From Oikopleura dioica (taxonomy: Eukaryota; Animalia; Chordata), in contig OU015567.1 in assembly GCA_907165135.1 (NCBI GenBank), positions 13,206,001-13,270,000 on the forward strand: 64,000 nucleotides of DNA, in the 5' to 3' direction. The translations under genes were made by a program, and so were the position numbers. Of this stretch, positions 23,801 to 35,922 are shown piece after piece; within the stretch, counting starts at the first letter, position 1; the number at the start of each line of letters is the position of its first letter. The notes under the pieces were generated by a model. The model was not told the origin of the DNA and searched no databases. It was given only the letters and a program-made list of their open reading frames with translations.

Positions 23801-24734
23801 TCTATCTTATTCACCAGTTGAGAATTATTGTAGCTCGTTGCAAGAAGAGTAAGTCGCAGTTGCAAGTCTGGAAACCATCTGATCAAACCGTATGTACCGA
23901 AGTTGTCCAAGATTTTTAAGCAATCGCCCAGTATCTCATCCGCCTTATGGACCATGTAATCATCATGCGGTTCAACAGTCACTTCACCAGGAGAGTCGTC
24001 GATCAGTTTGACGAACTCATGGTCTTCATCTTTACAGTTGCGATAATAGGAATAAGATGTTTCTGTCTCGTGATGACTAAATTCGTGATGCTGGAAGAGC
24101 GCGGCGATGTCTTGCCTAGTTGTTCCGAAAAGATCCCGCAGTCGCTCTTTCGCACCGGTGAACTCAGGGACGCTTCGATGTCTTTTGCATTTTTCGATCA
24201 CAGGCAAGACGATTTCGGCTTTCTTCTCAGTTGAATAGCCTACATCATTTTTCGACAGGAAAATAACGATGTCCGGACGAACCCCTTGCTTCTCCATTTG
24301 CCTTTTTACGTCAAACTCTTTCGTCACAACGAAAATCGTTTTACCAATCTCTTCTCCATACGATCTCAGTTCGGACGCTATTTTCTGGAAGTACTTCTGC
24401 TTATGAGACTCAAAAATGGGATATTTTTCTTCTTTCTTGCTCTCCTCCGTCCCTCTTATTTCATCCCTCAGTTTTTCCTTCAAGTTTTGTTCCATAGATC
24501 TATCGAACATCACTTTGATCCGCTTGGAGATGTGAGTGTAGGCCTTGACATAGGTAATGATTCTAAAGGATCATATTCTCGTCCGGGCATTTATAGTTCG
24601 CAAACTCACCTTTTTGAAATTTGCGTATTAGTTTCATTGAATAATAAGGTCGGATGCTGGTGAATAATAAGATTGTTGTAGAAAACAACATTATTGCTCA
24701 AAAAATCCTTATTTCGCGTTAGAATTTCCGCCAT
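17804..24734 (-). CDS. DICER1: Dicer (degenerate helicase, DUF283, PAZ/connector, RNase IIIa and IIIb, divergent dsRBD); 5 exons
   Basis: RNase IIIa ERLEFFGDSF...ADVIESLIGAY; RNase IIIb ERLEFLGDAIL plus spliced PKWFGDVFESMFGAVWLD; connector LPGITVRLIQLLNAEELR; DUF283-like fold. GT-AG introns at 24563-24609, 18356-18413, 18154-18198 and 17927-17969 give a continuous frame from ATG 24734 to TGA 17804. Confidence 0.95.
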
Positions 24735-24748
24735 TTTTTACATCATTG

Positions 24749-24755
24749 CTGAAAA
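24749..24755 (-). promoter_or_regulatory. Putative SL trans-splice acceptor (TTTTCAG) upstream of the Dicer ATG
   Basis: ttttcag 15 nt upstream of ATG 24734 with no obvious upstream donor. The same motif precedes EEPD1 (26135-26141), UBE2L3 (39104-39110), OTUD3 (51329-51335) and IDH1 (59331-59337). Confidence 0.55.
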
Positions 24756-24957
24756 CCCCGCAGTAAAGATATCATGATTCATGAAAGATTAGTTTATTTC
24801 AATCTATCTAACTCACAATAAGATAGGAAAAGGCAAAATAGAAATGAATCGGGAACTTTGAATGTGCAGTAAAAGGAACTAAAGTGGACGGTACAGAAAT
24901 TTGCAAAACTAAAAGTATACAGTTTTATTTAATTATACAATTATAAAAAGTTTTTGA

Positions 24958-26125
24958 TTAAATTAAATTGAGTTCTAAGTATTCAGGCTTTAGAGTAGTG
25001 ATTCTCCCAACGGGTGAGCTGGGACTAGCCGGAATATAGCTTGACTTGAGATTTTCCAAGTTGCTCTCGTACTTGGGCCCGTTGGGAGAAACTTTAGAAG
25101 ATAAAAGACTTGAAGAAATTTTGATTACCCCAGTGTCTGAGTAAGCTGTTTGGCCAGATTTACTGGTCGTTGGGGAGATGTGGTTCTTAGAAATAAGCAA
25201 TGAGGGGGAGGAGGAGGTAGAGTGGGATAGGGTTAACTCGTGTTGATGAGTAAAGAACGCAGAAAGCCGAATTTTTATGACCTCTTCGCTTTTTTCGCAA
25301 ATAACGACTTTTTCCAGGTTCAAAGCAATGAGAGATACCAAGTCATTTTCTCCTAAAAGACAAATTTTATGCCACCGATAAAAAAGAGCGAAACCTTTGA
25401 AATAAAGAGGAACAACTTTCCATTTCCCTCGATCGGATGTCAGCTTGATCTTTGGTATATTTGGATCTTCTAACTCAGACAAGACCTCATTAAAGTCGTC
25501 TTTGCATTCATGAAGACTTTTCCCGCTGAAAACAACGAGGTCGAGTGAGTTTCTGAGAATATAGCTGCAAATAACTTCTTTCACGCCCAAAGACGAACAG
25601 TAACTTTCGTTAAACTCGTTGCCAAGAGGAAAGTAGGCGACTCGGAAGATACTTTTTAATCTCTTTTGTATGGGATAATAAGTAAATTTTGAATAAAAGA
25701 AAAATTGACTAAGAGCAGTTCTATCCCTTGCCGGATTACATGAAATCGCGATAGCAGCATCTGGTTTCTTGGCGCATTTGATTTCAGGCCTTATGAGATC
25801 TAGCGTTTTTGTTCCGCCAAAATCTGGTACACAGACCAGATCATTGATGCTTTTGAATTCGCCAATCTTCGTCCGATGTTTTGTTATTCCAAGAGCGAGG
25901 TCCTAAATCTACTAGCAAACATTTTCGCTTGCTGCTACTTACTGCAGTTATTCCAGGAAGTGTGAGAAATTGTTCCTCAGCGGCTGAATTTATATCAAGC
26001 CTCGGATCAGCGGGCAGAAGTTCCTTGAATGATTGAAGTGATCGCATCGACTCATGGTGTCGTTTCTTGTTTTTCTTGCGCCTTCGAAATCTAAGCGAGT
26101 CGCACAAGCCACATGAGTACCCCAT
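24958..26125 (-). CDS. EEPD1: EEPD1-like protein (myristoylation-type N-terminus, HhH motif, degenerate EEP nuclease domain)
   Basis: MGYSCGLC N-terminus; HhH RLDINSAAEEQFLTLPGIT|DLALGITKHRTKIGEFKSINDL; EEP-domain segment GVKEVICSYILRNSLDLVV...PNIPKIK...RGKWKVV, which parallels EEPD1 GVREVVCMTLLENSIKLL. Confidence 0.85.
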
Positions 26126-26195
26126 GTACGATTTCTGAAAAATATTAATAATTTCTTGAAGGCTTCTCAAATTGAGTGATGATAACTGGCAGTGA

Positions 26196-27506
26196 TCAAA
26201 AATTGTCACATGTAAAAATTGTAAAATTTTCTCTAAATTTGTTCCTCAGTCGCATCAACGCGTCGTTTGAGTCCAATCGCACTGAGCAGCGCATTCCCGT
26301 CTTCTGCCTCTCCTTCAACAAATTCGGCTTTCCAGCACTCCTTGAGAACGCTGGCGATTCCTTGCTCTGAGAAAACGCTCGTAAAACAAATATTGAATCG
26401 AGTATCTCACCTGTATCGAGTTTGTCTGTTCCACCAAAGAGGTACAACACCCCATCGTAGAACTCCATCTTTGCTTGTCGCCGCGGATTGAGCGATTTTC
26501 CATTCGATTCGATTTTCGACCATTTGCCGTTAGTAAAAAGATGAAGGCCACCAAGAAGCTCGTCATTTTTACCTGAAAGATTTTTATATTCGTCAAAATC
26601 AAATGTTTACCTTGTCCTCCGAAGACATAAAACTTATTGTCAACCGAAGCAGACGCGAAAAATGATCTTGGCGCGGGTAAAAATCCTCCAGGCTTTTCAC
26701 ATTCCCACATTTTGTTTTCAACATCGTAGATGAACATTTCATTTGTTCTGCCTGTTGTCCCTTTTCCTCCGAAAAGGATGATTTCCCCTTTCTTGTTCAT
26801 GAAGCCTCCTGATGCGGCTTTGGCAGCGGCGCCTTCGATGCCTTTGAAAGCAAGGATCTCTACTTTATCAGTTGTGAAATCAAGTCGGACGACATCGTCG
26901 AACCAGCTAAATAAATGTTCTGATAAGTCTGGTAAATGAAACTTTACCCGAGTTGGAGCGCCTCCTGAGCTTCTTTCTCGCGTTTAATCTCATCATCCGC
27001 GTCCTGTTCATCTTCGGATTCTGCGCAATCAACAGGTCCGAAGCCGCCAATAATAAAGCATTCGTTTTCGCCTCTGACTGTGGCAACTTTGTCTCTGGGA
27101 GTGAAATCAACAGGATCAACCTCTATCTGAGTCCATGTAACTTTTCCTTGATCCAGTTGACCTTTCCAGATGTCACCGAGCCATCCGACGCCGGAATTTA
27201 AACCGCCGAAAATATAGATGCACGTTTTTCCGTCTTTTTCATGAAATGACATTCCGCAACAGCTTCGGCCCATTGGGGCTTCACTTATTCAAGTTTTATT
27301 AAACCAAAAGTTGCGCGCTAAAACCTGGTGGTGAGTTTCGTCCACGCATTATTTGTCGGTGAGTACTGAAAGAGATCATTTTGCTCTTCCATATTTTCAT
27401 TTGCACCGCCAAAGATGAAGATGCCCATCTTTGGGATTGAGACAGAAGCAAACCCTTCCAAGCCTGTTGGAAGCTCTGCGATGCTTTCCCATTCAGCAAG
27501 CAACAT
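26196..27506 (-). CDS. Kelch-repeat protein, KLHDC1/KLHDC2-like
   Basis: Repeated FGG kelch motifs (IFIFGG, IYIFGG, IILFGG, FYVFGG, LYLFGG). FTPRDKVATV...IIGGFG followed by GWFDDV resembles KLHDC1/2 PRDKL...FGGYG/GWxNDV. Confidence 0.75.
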
Positions 27507-27928
27507 TTTTCAAGATCTGAACCAAAATGTTCGAAGAGCTCCTTTTTAAATATCTGTATTTAAGTTATTTAAAGATAAGCAAGGTAAACACACGGTATCG
27601 CACCAAAATGCAATGACAATATCTGTAGCAGAATAATTTCAACTTTGAGGGGATTATAAGGCGCGATTCTTATGTACTTTGAGTAAAACTTAGAGTTGGA
27701 AATCAAGGTTGCACGAGGTACGTATCTGCAAGAGACTGTTAAAACTTATAATTGATCATTTTGCAGGTAGTCAAATTATAAGTAGAAAGTGTAAGAATAA
27801 ATGAAGAAATCATCGGTCTTTTTTACTGAATAAATAGACGTTGAAAATATCAACTTGCAACGAGAACGACACTACATTAAGAAAACTATATTTTTCTGTA
27901 TATAAAGTGAACTTTTTGCTGTTTTGAT

Positions 27929-30464
27929 TCAAGCGAGCGCTGTACTAGAATGTTGCTGCTGGTTGTGATGAATGGATAGTTCGTCTGCGTCCAGAATTAC
28001 CTAAAACACATGTTAGTTAGAAAATAAGATTATAGTGGTCAAAAATGGCATCCAAATCGAATAATTTCGATGCAAAGTTAAATGTTTATTTCAAAACCCA
28101 TCACGTCAATCTTCAATCCTGGGTTAATCAAATCTTTAATCATGGGTAAATGAAAACTCGTAAATGCTTATTTCGGAACCTTTCAAAAAGGATCATCTCC
28201 TTCAAAGAGAGCGGGAGTATTCAACAACTGAATATGTTATAAAAGGCTGGCTCTCGATTTTTATTTTACCTCTTGATCATCAGCATCATTAATATGAGCT
28301 TCTGGACTGGTGAGGCAATATGCAAGCTTATGGCAAAAAGAAGGGCAGGTGGCAGTTAACGGTGGCCCAGAGTTGGTCAGCGTTGGTTTTAGAATCTGAG
28401 AGTCGAATTTGTACCAGCTTCGCCAGGCCTTGTTCTGATTGTCGGAAGCAAAGGACTCGTAGTCGTCCTCTACTCCAACTAAAGACCGCTAGATTGAAAT
28501 CCTGGAAGAGAACAAACCTGGAATTTGTAAATAACTCAAGACAGAAGTCGTAGCCCCTCCAAGAAGAAGAACCGTGACGAAGACGATCAAAAGTGTCGTC
28601 GAGAACATCATTTGCTGCGCTTCACTTACATCGCCTCCCGCTTTTGTTTCTCGTAGTGCCAGGGCAAAAGCAACGGCTCCTCTTAGTCCAGAAAACATGA
28701 TCATATGCTGGAACTTGACACTGATAGGCGGTCTGTCAGAAGTCTTCCTCGTCAGATTAACAAGCCCAGAAAGTGGGTAAACGTTGAGAAATCGTCCGAG
28801 GAAGATCCCGAGAAACGAAAAGATGATGAAGAAAGGATCCCATTTATGGCGAGTGTACGAGAACACACTGATGCCCATGTAGATGAAGAGAAAATTCTCG
28901 GCGAGGAAATTCAGGAGTTCCATAAGCTTTTTCGTTCCTTTTTGAGAGTCCTCGGATAAGTTGTTGTATGTGTAGTGCGCCTGTGATCAATTAGAGGAGT
29001 ATAGGGACATGTTTGTACCTGAAGAATTCCACAGAAAAGAATGGCAACGATTCCAGTCAAGCCTAATGCTTCGGCGAATAAGAAACTGCTCCAAGAAAGA
29101 AGAAAGAATAGGCCTGTTTCGAGAGTGTCCATACCATCGAATCGACAGAATTTAAAAATCATCGCTAAAAATTATTGTAAACTATTTCAAAATAATTGAA
29201 ATTACCGGAGCTCATGGCGACAGCAGTGCCGATTCCAAGTGATCCCAGAAAGACTGTCATGAAGTTTAGAATCGCTTCAACGAGGATTTGACCATTTTGT
29301 TTTTCCGATCCTGAGAGCATCACTGTCGAGAATGTCTAAAAATATCGTCAGAAAGAAAGTTCACTTTTCGCTAGCCAAGTAATAAAGAAATTTCTATGGC
29401 AACTTCACACCGAAAATACCTGAAACTCAACTCTCCCTTTTGAAAATATGCTTAGATGCGTCGAAAAAGCACTCTTACCTCAGACAGAACAATCGCGACA
29501 GCATCATTCATCACTGACTCTCCGAAGAGCAGCGCGTCAAGATTCGGTTCAACTTTGAGATCTTTAAAGATCGCTAGTGTAGTGACCGGATCCGTCGCTG
29601 AAATCATCGCGCCAAACTGCAGACAATGCCCAAAAACCATGTCCTTTGGCGCCGTTGACGCTAGTTTCGAAAGTTCCATCGCCAAATAGGCGACGCCGGC
29701 AACTGCAAAAGTAGAAATGGTTGTGCCGATAAAGGCAAAAAGCGTGATAGCACCGATGTTTCGGAAGAAATGCCGCTTTTTCATCGAGTATCCGGCGTTG
29801 AAGATGATCGGTGGAAGGAGAATATTGAAGAAGATTTCCGGATCGAAGGTGATCTTGCTGAGTTCTTCATTGAAACGATAACCTTTCTCTTCGTCGGTCA
29901 CTTCTTCCATTAGTTTATATGAATACTGAACAACTAGCTACATGATAATCATACTTAACAAACCTCAGAGCCATTGAGAGTAATCAAAAGAACCTCCTCC
30001 GGTTTCGAAATATTATCACAGCTGACATGCAAGCCTTGACTTTCCTCACCATCGTCGTCGGTTTCACCGGGCAGGGGGTTTCCATATTTTATGATAGCAC
30101 CAACTAAACAACAAACGTACTGATCAAAGAATCAAACCATGGAACTTACCGATAAGTCCATAAATCAAAGCAAGACCAGTTTCATGCAGAAATCGTAAAG
30201 ACTTTTTCCTTAGCGCCCAGACTGTTAAAACGACAAAAGTCAAAAGAACCACAAATATGAGCAAGATCCCCGCATCCTCTTGAAAATATGTTTCCAATTT
30301 GCTTTTACGAGCAAATAATCGAAATTGCTTGAAACATTTCCTTCATGGAGAACAAGAGCGGAAGTCATTTCTCATCGGACGACTTGACGATTTCAGCCAA
30401 TCTGAAATAAATTAATTCAAATAACCATTTATTAAAAATTCTTGAGAATCGATTGGCTCCCCAT
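27929..30464 (-). CDS. SLC9A6: Endosomal Na+/H+ exchanger (NHE6/7/9 subfamily)
   Basis: [72 protein letters not shown] and [20 protein letters not shown]. The first and last exons are tentative; exact paralogue (A6/7/9) is not resolvable. Confidence 0.92.
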
Positions 30465-30549
30465 TCATTCACTGGCCAATAAGAAAACGACGACCGGAAA
30501 AAAGAGGGAATTATTTTTCGTGAAAAGGCGTCAAAAACGGCGAAAATAG

Positions 30550-31788
30550 ATGAACGGAGAGCAAATACTAAACTTGGGGCTGGCGGGTGTCTCCTGCTCC
30601 GCGGCGCAGACATGTGTTCACGTAAGAATGACTTCGATTAATTTTTAATCAATGCTTTTTAGTAACAAAATTAAACGAATTAATTAATAAGCGAATGACG
30701 TTTTAGATATGTTTATCGTACCCCTCATGCTTTGATCAGTACGCTCTCAATAAATTAACTCTAGCCTTTCGAAACTGCCATGGTTTTCCAGCAACGAGCC
30801 AAATCCTCCTCTGTTCGCCCCTTTCCCGTCGTCATGGCGGAGCTCTACAAAACAGAAGGTTTTTCCGGTTGGTACCGAGGAATCACCGCTTCTCTCGCCC
30901 GAGAATCAATCTACTCTTCCCTCCGATTCGGTCTCTACGAGCCGTTTAGGGATGGTTTCGGCGCGATCATCGACAAAGACTCAAACCTCCAGCGAATTCT
31001 CTCGCGAATGGCAGCCGGTTGCTCGGCTGGAGGATTAGCCGCTGTCGTCGCATGTCCTACGGAGTTGTTAAAAGTTAGAGCTCAAGGATACGTAGGAAAA
31101 CCGCCGCAGTTTCACAGGCTAATCGTCGAAGTAGGCGGCACGCCTTTCAAGTTGCGCAACTTTTACGAAGGTGTTTCAACAACAGTCGTCAGGTTTTGAC
31201 TTTTACAGTCCTTTACTAGTTCTTATAAATTATTCATTATCCAGAGCGATGAGCATAGGAATAACAAAAATGGCGGTCTACAACGAAGTCAAAGATTTCC
31301 TCAAAAGAACGCCTTCTTCAGACGAATCATCAAGAAAAAGTTCTACATGGCAAAGTTTCGTTCCCTTCCTCCACTCATGGAAAGACAGCGACTTTACAAA
31401 ATATGGTCATAAGGAGGCACCGACAAATCCTGAACGACTGGGGCTGATATTTTGTACTTCCATTATTACTGGTTTTGCTATAACTTGCTCGAGGTAAAAC
31501 TTAAAAACTACAAAAAGATTAGTTCAAATTTCAAGTTCTCCCTTTACAAATGCTCGAACCATGATCATGACGAATCCTGGAAAGTTCTCTGGTATGCCTG
31601 CAGCTCTCGTTTACATCGTCAGGTTTGTGAGTTAAAAAAAAGCCCGCTTATAATCAATAAGGAATAATGGATATTTGGGACTCTTCCGCGGGTTCTCAGC
31701 TCAGTGGGCTCGATTTGGACCATATGCTCTCATTCAATTTTTCTGTTGGGAGCAACTTCGATACTTCTTTGGAATGAAACCTATTTAA
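30550..31788 (+). CDS. Mitochondrial carrier (SLC25), dicarboxylate/UCP-like clade
   Basis: Three carrier repeats across 5 exons: AQTCVH|PFETA, ACPTELLKVR, SSPFTNART; also EGFSGWYRGITASLARESIYSSLRFGLYE and GLFRGFSAQWARFGPY. Confidence 0.9.
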
Positions 31789-32180
31789 AATCACCAAATA
31801 CCTCTGTAGACCTGATTTAGCCTTTTGAAATTTTAGGAGAATAAATTGACGAGCTCGATAAGAGATTATTTATTTGGAACCAGAACCAAAAAAAGCTGAA
31901 GATAATTGCACAAGAGTTTTGTTTTTCTATTGATCATTTAAAACACGGATTCGGGAAGAAAATGGGCCAGAAAGATCGATGAGAAAAAAGGTCCTAAATT
32001 GGCAGATGGGGCTAAAATGAGTTACAGTAATAAAAATAAAGAGTTAGTATGTATATTTGTAAAATTATGTTATTCTACCGCCACAATGATTGTATGAGAA
32101 CAAAATAGAGTGGCCCAGTTCAATATTTTGAAAGAAATGTGGGTGTTGCTGAAGTTGGAGCCAGATTGATTTAAATTTGT

Positions 32181-32893
32181 TCAGACAACTCTTCGGACCT
32201 CGAAGAATCGTTTCAAGTAGTAAATTTGTCCTAGTGTCATTGAGACGAGCACGACGGATTCGAAAAAGGCCCACATGACGACTCGCGAGTTCGTGTTGTC
32301 GTTGACCGCGCGATGGATGCGCTCTCGGACTTCCATGTAGTCTTGCTCGTGCTTCACTGTTTGCATGGCTTGCGAGAGCTCGGCCATCATTGATTCTAGA
32401 GCTGGTTAGTTTTTCATTCAAGGCATTAGACATACCGAGTTTCGAGTGTTCTTCAGTAATGTCTCCCTCGCTAATATCTGCAGGTGCGTTTCCAACATTA
32501 ATATCAAACATAACAATCTATCAGAATTTTAGCTCGCTTCGTTTTCAATATTTTTACCTTTGGAGTCATTGTGCTCATTTTGTTACTCAAGCAGAAATTG
32601 TATTGCCCCTCGATGTGAGCGGCGAATTCGTACCGCCCATTTGATTCTCGCTCTCCTTGATGAATGACCTTAGAGTCTGGTCCGGTAATGGAGACGTCGA
32701 TGTCCAAAAAGCCTCCTTCTGCGACTTCGAAAGTGAAACCAAGCTATCGAAATTATTCAAAGCCACGTTTTCTGGGAATTTCTACCTTTGTGCCGGCAGA
32801 GACTTTTTCGTGGAAGCACTCTTCTTTGTGCGCATCGACTTCCACAAAATACGCGTTAGCGGCGCTCAACAAAAGGCCAAGCAAAAGCTTCAT
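32181..32893 (-). CDS. TMED2: p24 cargo receptor beta subfamily
   Basis: Signal peptide followed by [13 protein letters not shown]; GOLD domain; [25 protein letters not shown]; C-terminus [13 protein letters not shown]. Confidence 0.95.
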
Positions 32894-33146
32894 TTTCTTC
32901 TGAATTCGAAAATGGAAATCGCAAATTGAAAGCAAACGCATTTGAAATGAGTTGAATAACAGAATCCTTTGAATGGCGAAGCAACGAGAGAAAGGAGTGC
33001 TTCTTTGCAGAAAAATATAATAAAGAACGGTGAAGATAGGTTTTTATTTGAAGCTCTTCGGTGAAGGGTCTCCTCAGCTGGCTTCGCTTTCAAAGAGATG
33101 TCGTGGCTGCCTACATAATATTTCAAAAGACAATCAAATGTGAGAT

Positions 33147-35463
33147 TCATACGAAATCTGGCCTTCCAAATTCATCTTCATTCTCTGCTGGCTTCCAAAT
33201 TTTCAAAAGCTGGTCGTCAGAAACAGAAGCCAAGAGATTCGTGTAAATGGGGTGAAAATGCACGCAGTTCACGCATTTGTCTAATTTAGTTAACATCAGA
33301 TTTACTCCTCTTCCTACCCATTGAATGGCCAGTAAGCTCTTTTATCGGTGTTTCTCTGTCCTTGTGAAAGATGAAAATTGTGCCACACTCGGATCCAGTC
33401 GCGAGTAACTCTTCGTTGTCTCCACCAAAGGCAGAGTGAATTTGATACATGCTCTGTCGGTTACCCCGAAATTTTCTGACAAACGTATTGCAAGTCAGAT
33501 CATAAAGATGAAGCCCGTCTTCGAGTACATTCAGTAGCGCGTACTTTTCATCAGCAGATACACAGAAAGTCATGATCGGATTTGGAAGTCTGTTGATGAC
33601 TTCTTTGTCCAAGATTGCTTCGAAATCATAGCTAATTGCAAATTAATATCGAAGAAATCATTTGGTTGTGATACCTTCTGATTCGATTATGAGAGTCTGA
33701 GGCTAAAATGTTTCTCCCGTCTCCCATAACATGAAGGCCATAAACTCTCACGCCATCAAACGTCTCAAGAATATGTCCTTCCAAGCCCACTTGGTAGAAC
33801 TGTCCACGTTTGCCCCCGCAAACATAGCTTTGGCCATCGGGAAACCACGCTACAGAGGTAAGACTATCATCTGGGCTTTGTCGACTCTCATGCTTTTTCG
33901 TTCCGGCTTTGACGTCCCAGAGATTCACACAAGGCGTGTTCTCGGCTCCGACAACCGCCAAAAGCTGATCGTTTGGAGACCAGGCGAAAAATGTCACTTC
34001 GAAGTCACAAGATAGGGTTTTCTCGTAGGTAACAGTTCCGTTGGATGCTACTGACCAGATGACGACTGTTTCATCTTTCGAGCCAGTAGCTAGGTGCGTG
34101 CCCGAATGATTGAAGCGGCAGTAGGTTATATCTCCAGCGTGGCGATTGAGGGTTTGAATACACTTGGATGGTATCTATTTCGATTAAGAAACAGTATAAA
34201 CAGGTTTTTTTTGAGGTGAACATAAATTGGTGGAGCGTTTTTGAAGGTGTTACAGACGAGATATTTCTATTCTCTCTTTTGCATCTTGTTGGGGAGGGTC
34301 TCCAGTGTGTTAAATAAGCTTTTGGTGGTATTTGCACCACTGGTGGAGGAGTAATGACATCACAAAGTTCAAGGTTCTATTTCATAATGCATTTTGATGA
34401 CGTCATAACTCCACCACCAGAATAATTACTGACACCAAATTGATGAAAAATAAGTAACCTAATACCCGGCTATATTCTGCAAGTTACAGATCATAATTAT
34501 CTTAACCCAATCAAAAGTTACAGAAAGTCTATGTCCGCCTCAAAAAAAACCTGTTATATTCAGAACTATTATTGAACCTTTTTGATGGGCGATTTAGCGT
34601 CAAATAGGAGAGATGTCTGTGGCAAGTTTCCATTTGTGAAGAGGCACTGCTGTTGTTGAAATTTCTGGGCTTGTTGCAGAAGAACTGATAGCCGATGTGG
34701 CTACAAAAGGGTACTCAAAGGAAGAGAGTTTTGTCACTCACCGGAAGCATAATATGATGAGGCAGATAGGACTGAAGTTTATCCATTAGCGCCGCGCGTG
34801 ATGCCCGTCCTTTGCCGGGCCAGTTCATCATTGAATAGATCTGTTTTTTGTCCTGAATCGTTTTAAAATTGATTCACTAGCTCGATCGTACCTGGACAAG
34901 AAGTATCTGGGCAAGCTTTTGTAAATGCTCTGTTTGAATATTAAGCGGAGCGAGGTCTTGTCTGAGGCATTTGACTCCTTCGAGAGTTTCTCCATCTTCA
35001 AGCAGCTCAAGATATTTCTGCTCGTAGATTTGAAAGATCATGTTCTTAGAAAATATAGTTCTGTAGCTGTCAATTTGAGTACCTGGACTCTCTCATCGTG
35101 ATTTATCTCCGGCCGTAGTTTTTCTAGCGCTGCAATAGCTTTGCTCCAGTCACCGGTGAGAATCGAGCTGCGAAATTCAGTAGCGTACTCGTTTTCAAGT
35201 TCTGTTCCTGTTTCCTCGATCAAATGCTTCGCAACCTAGAGAGAATGGAGGAACCATCAGAAGAATTGAAGTACCTTTTGAAGGCCAAGATCTTCGAGAT
35301 GTTGGCCAATGAGCCGAACGACTTCAGAATCTCGCTGGCTCAGGTGCCCGTTCAATCCGTTTGTGTCTGGCTCATTTTCAACTCCATTTTTGGCCATTTT
35401 AGTCCTTCTTTTTCGTTTACGCGGTGGTTCCTCCTTGCTATCAGTCTGCGTAATAATGGTCAA
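33147..35463 (-). CDS. WDR26: WD-repeat protein 26 (CTLH/GID complex subunit); true 5' end may extend to ~35720
   Basis: LisH/CTLH: VVRLIGQHLEDLGL, EFRSSILTGDWSKA, EQKYLELLEDG. WD40 repeats: HLATGSKDETVVIW, FAWSPND, FGGDNEELLATGSECG, LLASVSDDQLLKIW. Confidence 0.9.
34199..34555. mobile_element. MITE with ~30-bp TIRs and a second internal inverted repeat, in WDR26 intron 34175-34577
   Basis: aacaggttttttttgaggtgaacata vs the reverse complement of tatgtccgcctcaaaaaaaacctgtt. Internal hairpin tggtggaggagtaatgacatca / tgacgtcataactccaccacca at 34341-34419. TSD unresolved. Confidence 0.7.
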
Positions 35464-35922
35464 TTTGATCGAAATCCATTCTCCTTTACCTCTGTTGGTG
35501 GAGGCAGGCCAACGCCACTGCAGGATCTGAGTCGCCCACCTCTCTTGTTATTTGGAACACCCGAAATCTAATAATGATTAGGGCCTGAAAAGAATTCTTT
35601 CAAATAGAAACCTTTAGTGCAAATCAGGATCTTTAGTAAGGTGATTTGGTAATTTTTGTACAAAACGCGGTTACCTAAGGTGATCAATTTCTCGGGGCCG
35701 ATTCGCTTGTCATCTAAAATGCGAGAGAAATTGATTTTGCTACGGAATTATAAAAATAAAATTGAAAGGAATTAAAAAACATAAATCAAGAAATGTCAAA
35801 AATTGAACAGAATTGGAAGGAGAAGTAGAATTATGAGGTCAGTGCAAATATAACGGGGAAAGGAAGGAGAATCATGGCACATTTGTGGACAGAAAGGAAT
35901 CAATGAATAAGGAGATGAACTG

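Noticed and set aside
18382-24663. Many 60-136 aa plus-strand ORFs opposite Dicer (and similar ones opposite LAP3, IDH1, DEPDC5 and the mucin gene)
   Set aside because: Shadow ORFs of real coding strands, with no motifs or independent expression signals.
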